A stretch of DNA of 64,000 bases, from NCBI GenBank assembly GCA_951406725.2, contig OX597817.1, forward strand, positions 147,622,001 through 147,686,000. Reading direction: 5' to 3'. This document shows positions 25,623-39,363 of this stretch, piece by piece. The position numbers were made by a program, and so were the translations under genes. Position 1 is the stretch's first letter, and the number at the start of each line of letters is the position of its first letter. Below the pieces are notes generated by a model. It saw nothing but the letters and a program-made list of their open reading frames with translations, was not told where the DNA came from and did not search any database. This DNA is from Octopus vulgaris. Lineage: Eukaryota.

Positions 25623-26329
25623 TAACAACAAACAAGATGAGGAGAAATATCCGTCGAATGTAAATAATGTAAATGATGACAGTGGTGTTGCTTATTCTAT
25701 TCTAATTGGATATTTATGAAACTAAGTGCATAATCATTGTGAAAGTGATAGCAGAGATTCTGCAGATGTTTAAATCTTGCTGTGTTTTAGTTTCATTAAC
25801 TCCTGGTCTCTGCATAGTCGTTGTTGGTGGTGTTCATGATGGCAACAACGGTAACAGCTTTGGTAGCTGCTTGCGTTGAAGAAAGTTAAAATGTTATTGA
25901 GGGTGCATCACCTTTTTGCGGTCATTGGTATGAATTTATATAAATAACAGAAATAGAGAAAAACAAAAACAAAAACTAGTTGAAATGTTCTTGAAAAGTC
26001 TTTTACCACACCTATTCAATGAATCTGCCTTTAGCATCAATGGCTGCTTTGATACCTTGTGCGGAACGCTGATATGTCCGACTCAGATGCTCTTTATAAA
26101 TTACTCTGAAAGTAAGATAACAAAATCAGAAGTTAGAAGTAAACTGGCACTCTTGAAAGATGCATCCCCCACCCAAAAAAAAACCTGAAGCAACCTGTAT
26201 AAATATACTTTGGAATCTCATCCCTAAAATATGTGTCATGTTCTCTAATAAAACGTGTGTTTGTTGGGGATTGTAGGTAACAGCGCAAAGGATAAGCTTT
26301 TGCAGTTGATACTGTGACTTGGTTTCGAT

Positions 26330-26745
26330 AAGGCAATGAGCTGGCAGAATGGTTAGCACACCGGGCGAAATGCTTAGCAGTATTTCGTCTGTCTTTACGT
26401 TCTGAGTTCAAATTCCGCTGAGGTCGACTTTGCCTTTCATTCTTTCGAGGTCGATAAATTAAGGACCAGTTTCGTACTGGGGTCGATGTAATCGACTGAA
26501 TCCGTTTGTCTGTCCTTGTTTGTCCTCTCTGTGTTTAGCCACTTGTGGGTAGTAAAGAATCGGTATTTCGTCTGCGGTTACGTTCTGAGTTAAAATTCCG
26601 CTGAGGTTGACTTTGCCTTTCATCCTTTCGGGGTCGATTAAATAAATACCAGTTACGCACTGGGGTCGATATAATCGACTTAATCCGTCTGACTGTCCTT
26701 GTTTGTCTCTTCTGTGTTTAGCCCCTTGTGGATCGTAAAGAAATA
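26330..26745 (+). mobile_element. SINE family A dimer bounded by one TSD
   Basis: Head plus two body units. ggtttcgat at 26321-26329 and 26746-26754. Confidence 0.88.
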
Positions 26746-27859
26746 GGTTTCGATTCGTGTTATCTAAAGTTGACTTCTATCTTGCTGATGTTTACGTAAA
26801 GACTTGAACCTAACATAATGGCTTCAAATTTTGGAGGGCAGTAGGTATGGGTAAGTCATTTCATCGACTGCAATGGTACTTATTTTATCGAAATAAGTAC
26901 CAACTTGTACTTATTTTATCGAAACAGTAAGAATGAAATGCAAAGCCATCCTCAGTGATATTTGAACTCAGAACAACGCTAAGCATTTTGTCTGATGTGT
27001 TAACGATTTAGCCAGTTCGCTGCTTTACAATTGAGTGTAATATAATGAAAAGTAGGTCGTGAAAAATATTGTACCGTAGTGCCAAATCATATAAAACAAT
27101 ATAAAAAGAATATTTATTATGCAGAGTTGGTAAAACAGGGAGATTGTGAATGTCACAGAGAGAAGTGTATTGTTAATATATCAGTTGTTAAGAAGTTCAC
27201 CTAAATAAGCTCAACAGAAAAGAAAAACAGACAAGTTAATGTATAAAAAAATGAAATCTGTTTGAAATACATGTTTCACTTCTACAACAAACGTTAAATT
27301 TTTTAGAAACGGAATGAAAGCCTAGTCGTGCAATCCTTACAACACTATTGCTATAGCTCACGGTGCGATAAGAAATAAAATTGAAAACAACAAATCTACT
27401 TTATAACAAAAACTACAACATCCCATTAGAGAAACAAACAGTGCAACCACAAAAAATTGGACAAAACCAAGAAAAAAAACCCCACAAAGCAAAACACAGC
27501 AAAAACAAACAACAAACAAAAAGCTAACATGAGCCAGCGACAAAATGAAATCTTATAATGTTTTCTCTCTGAAGCCTGAGCTGCGTTAATGCATTTACAT
27601 AAATTCTTAAATTCTTCAGCTGAATGTTGTAATAACGACCCTATTAAAAGATCCACTGTTCACCATTGATGCACTCATTATCAATAACGGTTCGAAACAT
27701 TAATATTGCACGCCAGTTATTTCTCATTCATTGATCGCATTTCAGTTCATTTTATTAATTATCTATTAGTTCAGATCAAAATATAACAATGAAAGCAATA
27801 GCCATTATTTTGTACCAAATATTTCTTTTCACTTCCCTCTATTTTGCTGTCGTTTTTGC

Positions 27860-27914
<55 letters not shown>

Positions 27915-28028
27915 TATAAATCTTTGGTGTCCATTCCATTACAAACAATTTTATTTTCACCTGCTTTCCAACCATTTTTATTTGTTTATTCATACATACA
28001 TTCATACATACATACATACATACATACA

Positions 28029-28111
<83 letters not shown>

Positions 28112-28139
28112 ACATGCTTACGTATATATATATATATTT

Positions 28140-28250
28140 ATCTATTTATTGCTGTCTGTAGCAACGGTTTTCTTTCTTGTTGTATGACTATTGTTTAGGA
28201 AAGAGTTGTGCGCTACACAAAGAGCGACCGGTTTCAGCTGTCCTCATCTA
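28140..28250 (-). mobile_element. PLE-like 3' end with truncated hammerhead, next to (TA)n
   Basis: Minus strand (ta)GATGA-ggacagct-GAAACCGGTC (28226-28248), then AATAAA and (TA)n. Confidence 0.55.
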
Positions 28251-28713
28251 TATCTAATAGAAACACACTTCTATATTCTACATTCTTTTTCTCAAAAGAA
28301 GCTATAGTGCTAGTCATACATTTATTAAATATCTACAATGGTCAAAAATATTTCAGTTTGATTTTTGTTAGAATTTTTCCCCTCTGTTCACCTCTATTGT
28401 TATATCGAACTGATACTAACTTTGGCCTCACTTTTACCTTTTCATGCAGTGTCGGTTGAATTATAACCGCCTCCTGAGGAGAATTTGTATTGATGCATCA
28501 GTCATATTTTCTTTCTCGGCCAAATATGGTAGATAACGTCATGCAGTAACTGTGCCTTCTGCCTGCTTTATTAATTACAACGCTACAAACGTCATTGAAC
28601 ACTAAAAAAATATTTGAACAGAAGTAGAGATGTTCATGCATTTTCCTGAAAACAATAAAGATGTGATTCATGTAAATGGAAATCCAACACACACACACTC
28701 ACACACAGACACA

Positions 28714-28745
<32 letters not shown>

Positions 28746-28759
28746 GTTTTTGTTTTTAA

Positions 28760-28980
28760 CCCTTTCGTTATTGTATTTATTTTCAGATCCTTTGTGTTTC
28801 TTTCAATTACTTTAAATATTACAAAGCATTTAATAAAATAGCTTAGTTATCATTCAGCTAGTGTTAGGAACATAAATTGAGACTAAGGTTTGGTGGGAGA
28901 TTTTAGTTCAAAACTTTTGAAAACAAGACATTTGTACTACAGAGCCAGAGCCGGTTTCAGCCAGGTTGGAAACGAAAGGG
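28760..28980. mobile_element. piggyBac-type MITE (family 1)
   Basis: TTAA|ccctttcgtt ... aacgaaaggg|TTAA. Confidence 0.9.
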
Positions 28981-29224
28981 TTAAAGTGAGATTAACGCGT
29001 TCAAAACATTATACAGAATACTTATTGTTGAACCAGTAATTAATGACTATTAAGTCAGGGATTTGTTTCGAAAAAGGAAAAATTAACTTCCCAACCATGA
29101 AGCTCAGGGTTCGATCCCCCTTGGGATTTTTTCTAGCGTAGACGAATTCCAATTGATGAATACTTTGACTGAGACATGAATTCGGTTGGTAGAATGTGTA
29201 AAATAGATTACATTTGATAAGAAG

Positions 29225-30012
29225 ATTGCTTTCCAACCACATGGTCCCGGGTTCAGTCCCACTGCGTGGCAACTTTAGCAAGTGTTTTCTACTATAGCCT
29301 CGGGCCGACCAAAGCCTTGTGAGTGGGTTTGGTAGACGGAAACTGAAAAAAGCCCGTCGTATATATATATATGTGTGTGTGTGTGTGAGTGTGTTTCTTC
29401 CAACACCATCGCTTGACAACCAGTATTGGTTTGTTTACATCCCCGTGACTTAGCGGTTCGGCAAAACAGACCGATAGAATAAGTACTAGGCATACAAAGA
29501 ATAAGTCCTGGGGTCGATTCGCTCGGCTAAAGGCGGTGCTCCAGCATGGCCGCAGTCAAATGGCTGAAACCAGTAAAAGAATAAAAGAATATATATAATT
29601 TTTCTTTACTTTTTTCCCCTTTACTTGTTTCCGTCATTTGATTGCGCCCGTGCTGGAGCACAACCTTAATGGCTTTTAGTTGAACAATTCTAATTTAGTT
29701 GAACAAGACTAATTCTTTGTAAGCCTAGTACTTATCCTATCAGTCTCTTTTATCGAACCGCCAAGTTACGGGGACATAAACACATCAACATCGGTTCTCA
29801 AGCATTGGTGGGGGGAGAAACACAGACGAAAATACAAATATATATATATATATGCGACCAGTTCTTTCAGTTTCCGTCTATCAGGTCCACTTACAAGACT
29901 TTGGTCTGCCCGAGGCTATAGTAAAAGACACTTGCCTGAGGTGCCACACAGTGGAACTGAACCTGGAACCATGTGGCTGGGATGCAAGCATCTCATCACA
30001 CAGCCATGCCTA
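29225..30012. mobile_element. Two SINE family B copies tail to tail (+ about 29225-29590, - about 29600-30012)
   Basis: Family B motifs in opposite orientations. Confidence 0.85.
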
Positions 30013-32158
30013 AGTTAGAATAGGGATTCAAAGAATCGGAAAGAGATCAGAGTAGGCAACCCGGTTTGTGCTTGGCTAGCAAGATATACCGTAGTTTAGA
30101 ATAGGTTGGAACCTCAGCGTCTCTCTGAAAACTAAGAAATAACAATACACCTATGTATATATACTCTGTGTGCGTGTGTTTATATATATATATATGACTG
30201 AAACTAGTAAAAGAGTAAAAGGGAATATATATTATATAATGTATATTATATAATACATATATGTGTGTGTATGTGTGTACGTGCACGCGCCTGCGTGTGT
30301 GTGATGTCTGTATATATGTGGACACTCCAAACAAGGCCAGCGGCAAGTAGGAGAAATCTTCAAATTAAGAATTTTTATGAGACAATACTACGGTCCGTTG
30401 GACCTGAAACTGTGGGAGCTGCGTCCACCTAGGTAATGTCTTCTGTTTTCGAAATGTCACCTTTAGTTGGTGTTGAAATACGAACCTTCGGCCGATCTCA
30501 CCGCTTGGCCAGAAATACTCCAGCAAATACTTGCACTGCTTCAAGCTGGATTTCTTTCTTACAGTGTTCACGCTTGAAATACCATGTTTAAAAGGCTTGG
30601 GGTATTCCTAAGTGCTCCAGCTTTTATCGGAAAATAATATCCAAATATGCCTCAGGTCACATGCTACCGTTATTGAAAGAGAGATTGTATGCTACGTTAT
30701 ATAATGGAGTAAGAGATATTAAAAAGTGATTGAATGTTCACACCTGGACTACCTTTTGTCATATGAACTGTTGCTCAGAGCTGACATGGCGTTAAACAAC
30801 TACTACTAAATATAGAACCGCTAAGCTCACACAGAATTTGGGTAAAATTTAAATAGTTTTCCGTTCATTCATTCATTCATTCATTCATTCGGTAGTCTCA
30901 ATATTTATTTGTATTTCTTCTCCCTCTTCTTGTTCCTCGGAATTTCTCGCGAGAGACGTCATTTTGTAGTTTATCTTCCTTTTTCTCCTAGGATCTAAAT
31001 GTTAACGTCGATGCAGATTTGATCTGTTTAGCTCGACAAACGAAAAGGATAAAAATGAAAAAAACCTGATAAAGACGCAGTTTTTTCGCTGGGCTCAGTT
31101 TTAATCTTTATGTATTTACATTGTTCTTCTCTCAAATTAAATGGTTTGACCAGTTGACGGCTATGCTTCTTTCTTTTGTCTTGTAAGTGCAGAACATAAA
31201 GCGAACACTCTCCGGCCAAGAAACCATTGTAGTCGATTTGACCAGCTTCCACTTTCGCATGTCAATTTAATTCATATAACACAGAATAATGATTCTCGCA
31301 CCAAAATGGTTGTAAAGTCGGTGCAATTTGCCTCAGTTCTTTCATCAACCTGCTTCGGGGAACATAAAATATTGCAGTTCTACGTCAAAGCGGGATACAA
31401 TCTGCATTGTGATTATAAACAGTTCAGCTAAATGATTAAATGATACTTAATGGCATATCTGTTATTATTGCGGTCGCACAGTAGTTACACTAGCCTGATA
31501 AAGCTATCATTTAAGAAGCCTTAAAATATATTCGCTGCACCCACCAACTGATTAAATGCCTGAACGACCTGTTCGTGTTTGTTTCTTTTTCCTTTCTGTT
31601 TTACTTTACATTCGTCAGTTGGTGGGACTGGAAGATGATTGTTCATCTACGCTACGTACATGTTCAATAGCTATAAATAATAGGAGAAATACTGGTCCAA
31701 ACCGCAGTAAACAAGATCAGATTACCTATAAGAAAATATAAGCCTTCAACATTGAGAGGGAGACAATATTTCTTTTCGTTAATTTACTTTTTCAGTCAGG
31801 CGATCTCAGACAAAATTCAATTTCTCTATTAAGCGTGCTGGTCAGATCGGATGAAAGTTGCTGGCAGTCGTAAAATCTGACTTATTCTCTCAACAAATCA
31901 TGGCGTGCCGTACGAAATATCTTTTATGGTTTTCTGCAAGACATATAGAAGAATCAAGAAATCTACAAGAAAGCAGTGATACCGTCGAGATCAAGTTACA
32001 GTTAAAATTAACTATTATTTCTCCTCTGACAAACGGTATACGAAGTATCATTAACAAAACCAAGGCGTATTGGGGAAAGAAGTAAAAGAGAAAAACACAA
32101 ACAAAACAAAGCAAAAAGGAAAAAAGAAACAAACCAATGTATATATATATATATATAT

Positions 32159-32214
<56 letters not shown>

Positions 32215-33092
32215 ATAGGAAAGTTTTACACAAACAAACAATAATATACAAAGTTAAGAACGAAAATTGAAATGAAATAGAAAACAATACATATGTGTAA
32301 ACTTAAAAATAAATTGAAATATTGCAGCATTGAAATACAGCGTAGAAAATAGCAACAAAAAAAGGTTAGTGAAGCACAATGCTTCTAGGAAAAATAATTA
32401 CTTTAAAAAAATGTCAGTGAAACGATAAAACTATCCTCTATCACCATATATTTTCTTTTATTGAATCCGAGAAATATTTCAAATAATAATTTAGTTCGGT
32501 TTAGTCATTTTATGTTTTTGTTCTTCTATAGACTTTATGTTAATGGAAAGCAAATAAATGTTAAGTGAAAATGTATCACGTTGTATCTTTCACTACAAAA
32601 TTGATGTAATCCTTGGATACTTTTCAAAATTGACTGAGTTAGTTATCTAACAAATAATCTGGATATTTAAAAATGATGAGCAAATCAGATTACTCTGAGG
32701 GATTAGCTTGGCTAATTTGGATGCCGAGCTGGCAGACTAGCTAGCGCGTCGGATAAAATGCTTAACAGCATTCTTCCAGATCATAGCGTTCTGAGTTCAA
32801 ATTCTACTGAAATCGATCTTGCTTTTCATTCTTTCAGGGTCGATAAAATAAAACATCAGTCAACTATTAGGATCAATTTAATTGACTATTTCACTCTACT
32901 ACAATTTTCTGGTCTTGTGCTGAATTTCTTCCGATATTTTACGTTCTGAGTTCAAATTTAACCGAAGTCTACCTTGCCTTTCATCCTTTCGGACTCGATA
33001 AAATATATACCAGTTGAACACTGGGGTCGATGTAATCGAGTTATCTCTAACCCTAACGTGAGTTGCTTCTCACTTGATCCAATCTCCTGAGA

Positions 33093-34560
33093 CAGTGTTT
33101 CCCAATTTTTTTGCGCCAAATTGCAATATCGCTCACCTATCGGGCAAAAAATGCTCCATCGCTCACTTGTGTAAAAAAAAAAAAACCCTGACACAACCCC
33201 CACCAACAGTAAATCCCCCAGGAGACCCCTTCTATCATTTGTTACACACACACACACTATATCGTATACTCGTTGCCGGTTAGTGCCGTTTGGACTAAAT
33301 ATACATAGTTTACAAATCCCTTATTGAGGGTTTAGTTTCGCCATTAATGTGAATAAAATTCTAACTTTGGTTTTTATATTATGCAGCCAGATTAATTTCG
33401 GTAAATTTGAGTTTTCTTTAACACTGAGTTTTAGTTTCCCCAAATGAACCATTATTCATAACTACCGATGCAAAAATAATTAATGATTGTATTATAAAGG
33501 AAAAAGAAAACAAATTTTAATGAGTACCATATATCGGATGCGATGCAGCTAGTGCAGATACATTCGGTTCCAAACTTGTCAACTTTCGTCGCAAGGCTTC
33601 GCATTGTTCACATCCAGTTCAATTCTTTTCTGGGAAAATAAAGTTCCAATATGTCTAAAACCAGATTTAACCAGGTACGAAGTTGGGAAGGCAAGCAAAA
33701 GTAATTTCAGGTGTTTCTGCTAATTGAGGTAGGAACTCAATATACTTTGATGCTACTGCAAACCGTCTTTGCCATTATGGCGATATCGCATTGTGCCGTC
33801 ATGGTCATTTTGTAATTCTATCAATTCCTCCCGAACGTCGTCATCGCAATCGACTGCATCAGTCCCAAACAGATTGCTATACTAATTTGGAATATTCAGC
33901 GCAATAACATCTTGAAATCGATCCACCATGTCATCGTGCAGTGATTGTAAATAGTTGCGATACGTAGTTAAATCCTCATCAACCACTTCATCTTTCAAAG
34001 AATAAAATTGTGGAAATTAAAGGAATTGACGTTTTGAAATGTTAGTCTTGTACAGCACCAATTTCGAAATGAAGGTAGTGATAAATGATTTAGAATTTTC
34101 TGTTTCCTTGCAATTACTTATTAATATCATTTAATTTTGTGAATATATCACAAAGAAAAAAGATATTGCACCTTAGATAACCAGGCGTAGTAATGTTCTC
34201 CAATTGTGTGAGAATTCTCAGACTTAGCAACAGGCAATGCAATGTTGTACGATGCAATCAACCCGTTATTCTCCTGTTTACTTGTTTCCTGGAATATCGT
34301 GTTGAATTTTTGTGTTTGCTTTTTGAAAGAGGAGCTCAGTTGCACAAAATACGACAACGGTTTGTCCTTCTTGTCAGAATGCTTTGCATCAAAGTGATAC
34401 TTCAAGCATGAATGTTTCATTGCTTCGTTTGGTGGCAAAGACGGCACATTGGTAACTGACACTTCTGAGGAGAGGGAATAAATCCAAATGATAATCACTA
34501 CTGTACTGTCGACAAATTTTCTTGACTGGAGGCATCAGTAAACTGAAAATATGAAAACAA
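33093..34560 (-). mobile_element. Internally deleted hAT (Buster/Charlie-like) transposon
   Basis: TIR-like cagtgtttcccaa at 33093. Decayed transposase 34535 to 33517: NEAMKHSCLKYHF..KH, ASYNIAL..AK..HTIGE, LLLAFPTSYLVKSGF, LTSLEPNV..HPIYGTH*. Second TIR not seen. Confidence 0.85.
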
Positions 34561-35524
34561 ATTTCTACGCAAGGCAGTATGTTATTCTCAATGAGACGAA
34601 GAAATCAATAGAGCTGAGTCAGATGACACGTCTTTACTGGAGTAAATACGGATCTGGTTCATTTGGATGCCAGCATTTCAATGATTAAAATATATTGAAA
34701 GTTTTAAAATTTGGCATATTAATGTACTTTTCCAAGCTAAATTGCTGGAGTTATTCAACTTTTTCCAGAAAGATGTTTTTAAGAAGTTATAACGGTTTAA
34801 AGTTTGATCATTTTCACCCAGTCAAGAAACGCCATTTCAAAGCTGTCATTTTGTGCATGACTGCACATTTTATTAACATCCTGAAAATAGCACTTGTGTT
34901 TCGATATGAAACTACAGAATTACGCACCACATATAATCCCTCATAATTTTCTTTTATTTTTCGGAGTATCCAGAAATGTTTTGCGAATTAGTACTCTACA
35001 CACGGCACTTCATACGATTATACCAAGAAAAAAAAAAGAATTGTGGTGGAGCGTGATTTAAGGCCTAGACCTATTTGGCTGTTATTTTCAGCACACAAGA
35101 CAACCATCTCAATGAATGTGCGACAAAATATTCGATCGATAAACAAGTCCGCTTTTTTTAATACAAAGGGACATCTCAAATTTATACAAAGGGAATTTCA
35201 AATCTTGCCGAGATCAGCTCTGCTTTTCGTCCTCGTAAGAAGCAGTTCCATTCAAATACTCGATAACCCTCAAACCCCTTACCCTCAACTTTTCCCGCCT
35301 TGTGCCTAAATCAGCGACAATAAAATATGGCGAACAGATTGAATCACGAAACTACCGGAATTAATGTCTTGCGAGATTTCTTCCGGTTGTTTACGTTCTG
35401 AATTCAATATTTCGTACTTTCGGAGTTAGTAAAACATGTACTAGTCAAGAACTGGGGTCAATGTAATCGACTCTTCCATTTCCCTCAGGATTTGAAGCCT
35501 TTTGCTTATAACAGGAAACAATTA

Positions 35525-35895
35525 TTATTCTTTTCTATTCTAGGTACAGTGCCCGAAATTTTCGAGGAGGGCTTAGATCAACCCCGGTATGCAACTGATT
35601 CTTAATTTATCGACACCGAAATGATGAAAGGCAAAGTCGACCGCAGCGGAATTTGAACTCAGAACATAAAGACAGGACGAAATACCACTAAGCATTTTGC
35701 CCGGCGTGCTATTGATTCTTTTCTACTCTAGGCACAAGGCCCGAAATTTTGGTGGAGGGAGCCAGTCAATTAGATCGACCTCAGTATGCAACTAGTACTT
35801 AATTTATCGACCCCGAAATGATGAAAGGCAAAGTCGACCTGGGCGGAATTTGAACTAACAGCGTAAAGACAGACGAAATACCAGCTCGCCGCCTT
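35525..35895 (-). mobile_element. SINE family A dimer
   Basis: Two aggcaaagtcgacc..gcggaatttgaact units ending at ccagctcgccgcctt. Confidence 0.85.
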
Positions 35896-35940
35896 AGATA
35901 CGATTATTATTGTTGCAGTCATTTTTGTTCTTGCTGTTGT

Positions 35941-36250
35941 CTTCTTTTACGTTGTTATCCTCGTTCCCTAATCCTACAGAAGATTCGCAATCTAGACTAG
36001 GTCTGAAAGTTTACCACACCATAGTGGGTTACACCATGGTTCTTCTGCTTTGTGGCAGAAGTAGGAAGAAAGAGTGAAAGAAAGCTGTGTAGAAAGAATA
36101 CAGCGGATTTCACCACCGACCCCCGCCGGAGCCTCGTGGGACTGAGGTGTTTTTGCTCAATAAACACCCACAATGCTCGCACCGGCAATCGAAACCGCGT
36201 TCTTACGACCGCGAGTCCAATGCTCTAACCATTGGACCATTGCACCTCCA
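35941..36250 (-). mobile_element. SINE family C head with an alternative 3' tail, with TSD
   Basis: Head at about 36060-36250. TSD tcttgctgttgt at 35929-35940 and 36252-36263. Confidence 0.8.
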
Positions 36251-36991
36251 CTCTTGCTGTTGTTGCTTGCTTCATTTGGTAGCCAACCATAATGGAGATG
36301 CGAGTAGCACAAGTTTCATCATGTAGAATTATGTTTCAGAGAAAATCTGTACAGGTAATGTATAAATTTATCTATTTCTCGGTTTCTATCTCCACCTATG
36401 ACCCTTTGATTGAACGTGTGTCGATGCACGTGTAGGTATGTGTGCATGTATGTGTGAAAGAAAGGTTCGAGGAACAGGGCTTGAGTTTGTAAATTTTAGA
36501 TAATAATTAAGGAAGTGAAAATTCACATACACTGCCAAACCAACCGTTACTTCCTGTATGTAATGAGCTGCGTAAAACTATGGTGGAAATTCTATAGAAA
36601 CGCAAGACAGGAAGACGAAACACATGCATAAACACATGCACAAACACTGCACACACGTACACAATTTGGGTGTATATGTTTGTGTATAGGTGAGTGTGTC
36701 TAAGGCTATATGAATCCGCTTTTCGAAATGAGTGTCGAGGAGATAATTATTAGGAACGCTTTATAGTCATTAAATTTCATGTGTGCATTGCTTATTCACT
36801 GTTGTAGAGATATTTATCTATGATTCGCGCGCTGCCAGACACGCATAGACTTATGTATACATACATACATGCATACATACATACATACATACATACATAC
36901 ATACATACATACATACATACATACATACATACATACGTACACATACATCCAGGGATATATGCATATACATATGCATCTAAATATGTATGCT

Positions 36992-37038
<47 letters not shown>

Positions 37039-37281
37039 CTGTGTGTGTGTGTGTATGTGTATATATATATGTATCTATCTATATATATATTTATATTTAG
37101 AAAGTTATGAATATATGTGAGTATATATGTAGATCCACCTCTCTAGCTATCCATATATATATACATACAAATATATATATATATACATACACAGACACAC
37201 ACACTCACAAACACATTCACAGCACAGACACACATCTATATCTATCTTTCGATCTATCTATCTCTATATCTATATATAGAT

Positions 37282-37330
<49 letters not shown>

Positions 37331-37833
37331 AAGATATGATTATATATGAGTATAAATGTAGATCTATCTTTCTATCTATCCATATATATATAAAGAGTAA
37401 AAGAGTAAAAGAAGTAAAGAGTAAAGAATCTCATTTGCCGAACTGCTAAGTTACGGGGACGTAAGCACACCAGTATATTGCGGGGGGACAAACACATACA
37501 CACAAACACACACACACACATATATATACATACATACATATATACATGTGTGTGTGTGTGTGTGTATGTGTATATATAAGCATCAGAATGCAGGGTCCGG
37601 CCCCATTCCTGCTTTTCTTCAGTTCAAAGATTTGAGATATCGGGACGAACTTTGCCCAAGCATGAAGGTATGCTGGCAAAACGGTACTCCTCTAAATGGA
37701 AACCCTACCTGTCATTGTGGTTTTGTGGCATGAAGCATTGCAGGTCTTGCCGTTGACTCGAGAAAACACATAGGATATGATCCACGAGTACTCAAGCAAA
37801 TTGAGTCCTCAACTCGTTTCATTTGCCAAAAGT

Positions 37834-39363
37834 TTTGCAAGGCACCAGCAGACCTCATGGCAGACATTCGTGTCCGTAGAACATGATTAACGTTTTATTT
37901 TACTGAACCCTCAATTGTCGTTCATGACAAAAGAATCCATAACATATGTACATTCACACACACACTCACACACACACACACGCACACACAGTAAAAAAAA
38001 ACATTCACCTACACATTCCCATATACCCATATACAAACATACATATGATTCAGTGTTTGCATGTGTGAGTATGTGCATATGTGTGTGTATAAGAGAGAGT
38101 GAGAGTGAGACAAAGAAAGACAGAGACAGCGAGAGAAAGAGAGACAGAGACAGACAGCCAGACAGACAGAGTGTGGTACAATTTGAGTTGGTGAAATATA
38201 AATTCATGATGTATATTTATTTATGTACCGCTGTCTATATCATTTCTTCTTTTAACAGAGTTTTGGTTTAAGACAATGCAACATAGTATACACTCTCTCT
38301 AATCCTTCTCGCCTAACCATCATCTAACTATCACCTCAACCATCGCCTCACTGATCACCTAATCCAACGCCTAACCATCCCTTCGACCGCCATCTCAACC
38401 CACATTTCGACCGTCATTTCAACCATCACTTCGACCACCATCTTAACCATCTCTTCGACGCCATCTTAACCATCACTTAGACCGCCATTTCAACCATCAT
38501 TTCGACCGCCATCTTAACCATCACTTAGACCGCCATCTTAACCGGCACCTCGATCGCCAAATCAGTCATCACCTAAATCATCCCCTCAAACCCCGCCTCA
38601 ACAATCCACATAGCCATTTCCTAATCGTCGCCCTAACCATCATCTCAACCATCACTGAACCACCGTCTAAGCCATCCCTTAAACATCGCCTCAACCACGT
38701 CCCAGACAGCTCCCAACCATTTCTTATCTATATAGCCCTTTGAACCCTATTTTACTTCGCAGGACGCTTATAGCCATTCGATGTTCTAAGAAAATCCCAT
38801 CATATTTTTATAATTAAATATGATTAGGAAATGTACAAAAACATTTGTCAACTTATTTTGCGTATTGCAGATGTATAACCAGTTTGTTGTACCTAAACTT
38901 TAATAAGGTTTGCAAGGCACCAGCAGGCCTCAGGTGAGACATTCGTGTCCATGAAGCATGATTAACGTCTTATTTTACCGAACCCTCATTTGTCGTTCAT
39001 GACAAAAGAATCCATAACATATTACATTCACGCACGCACACACACACATACATACACACGCACACAGTAAAAAACATTCACCTACACATTCCCATATACG
39101 CATACACAAACGTACATATGAATCAGTGTTTCTAGGTGTGTGTACGCGCATGTGTGTGTGTAAGAGAGAGAGGGGAGGGGAGAGAGGGAGAGAGAGGGCG
39201 AGAGAGCGAGAGAGAGAGGGAGAGAGAGAGTGAGACAGAGAGAGAGAGCAAGAGAAGGAGAAAGAGAGAGATAGACAGAGACTGGTCCAAATTTTGTTGG
39301 TGAAATATAAATTCATGATGTATATTTATTTATGTATCACTGTCTATATCGTTTCTTCTTTTA
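37834..39363 (+). repeat. ~420-450-bp direct duplication (37834-38254 / 38909-39363)
   Basis: tttgcaaggcaccagcag...gtcgttcatgacaaaagaatccataacat...gtgaaatataaattcatgatgtatatttatttatgta is present in both copies. Confidence 0.92.
38310..38720. repeat. Degenerate C-rich 12/24-bp minisatellite (accgccatcttaaccatcacttag)
   Basis: Near-perfect units at about 38400-38545, decaying outward. Confidence 0.85.

Noticed and set aside
31028-31252. 74-aa minus-strand ORF in repeat-free DNA
   Set aside because: No recognisable domain or supported splice structure, and the length is expected by chance.
37570-37890. LPVIVVLWHEAL peptide reminiscent of bystin
   Set aside because: The similarity is limited to a few residues amid stops and is not supportable.
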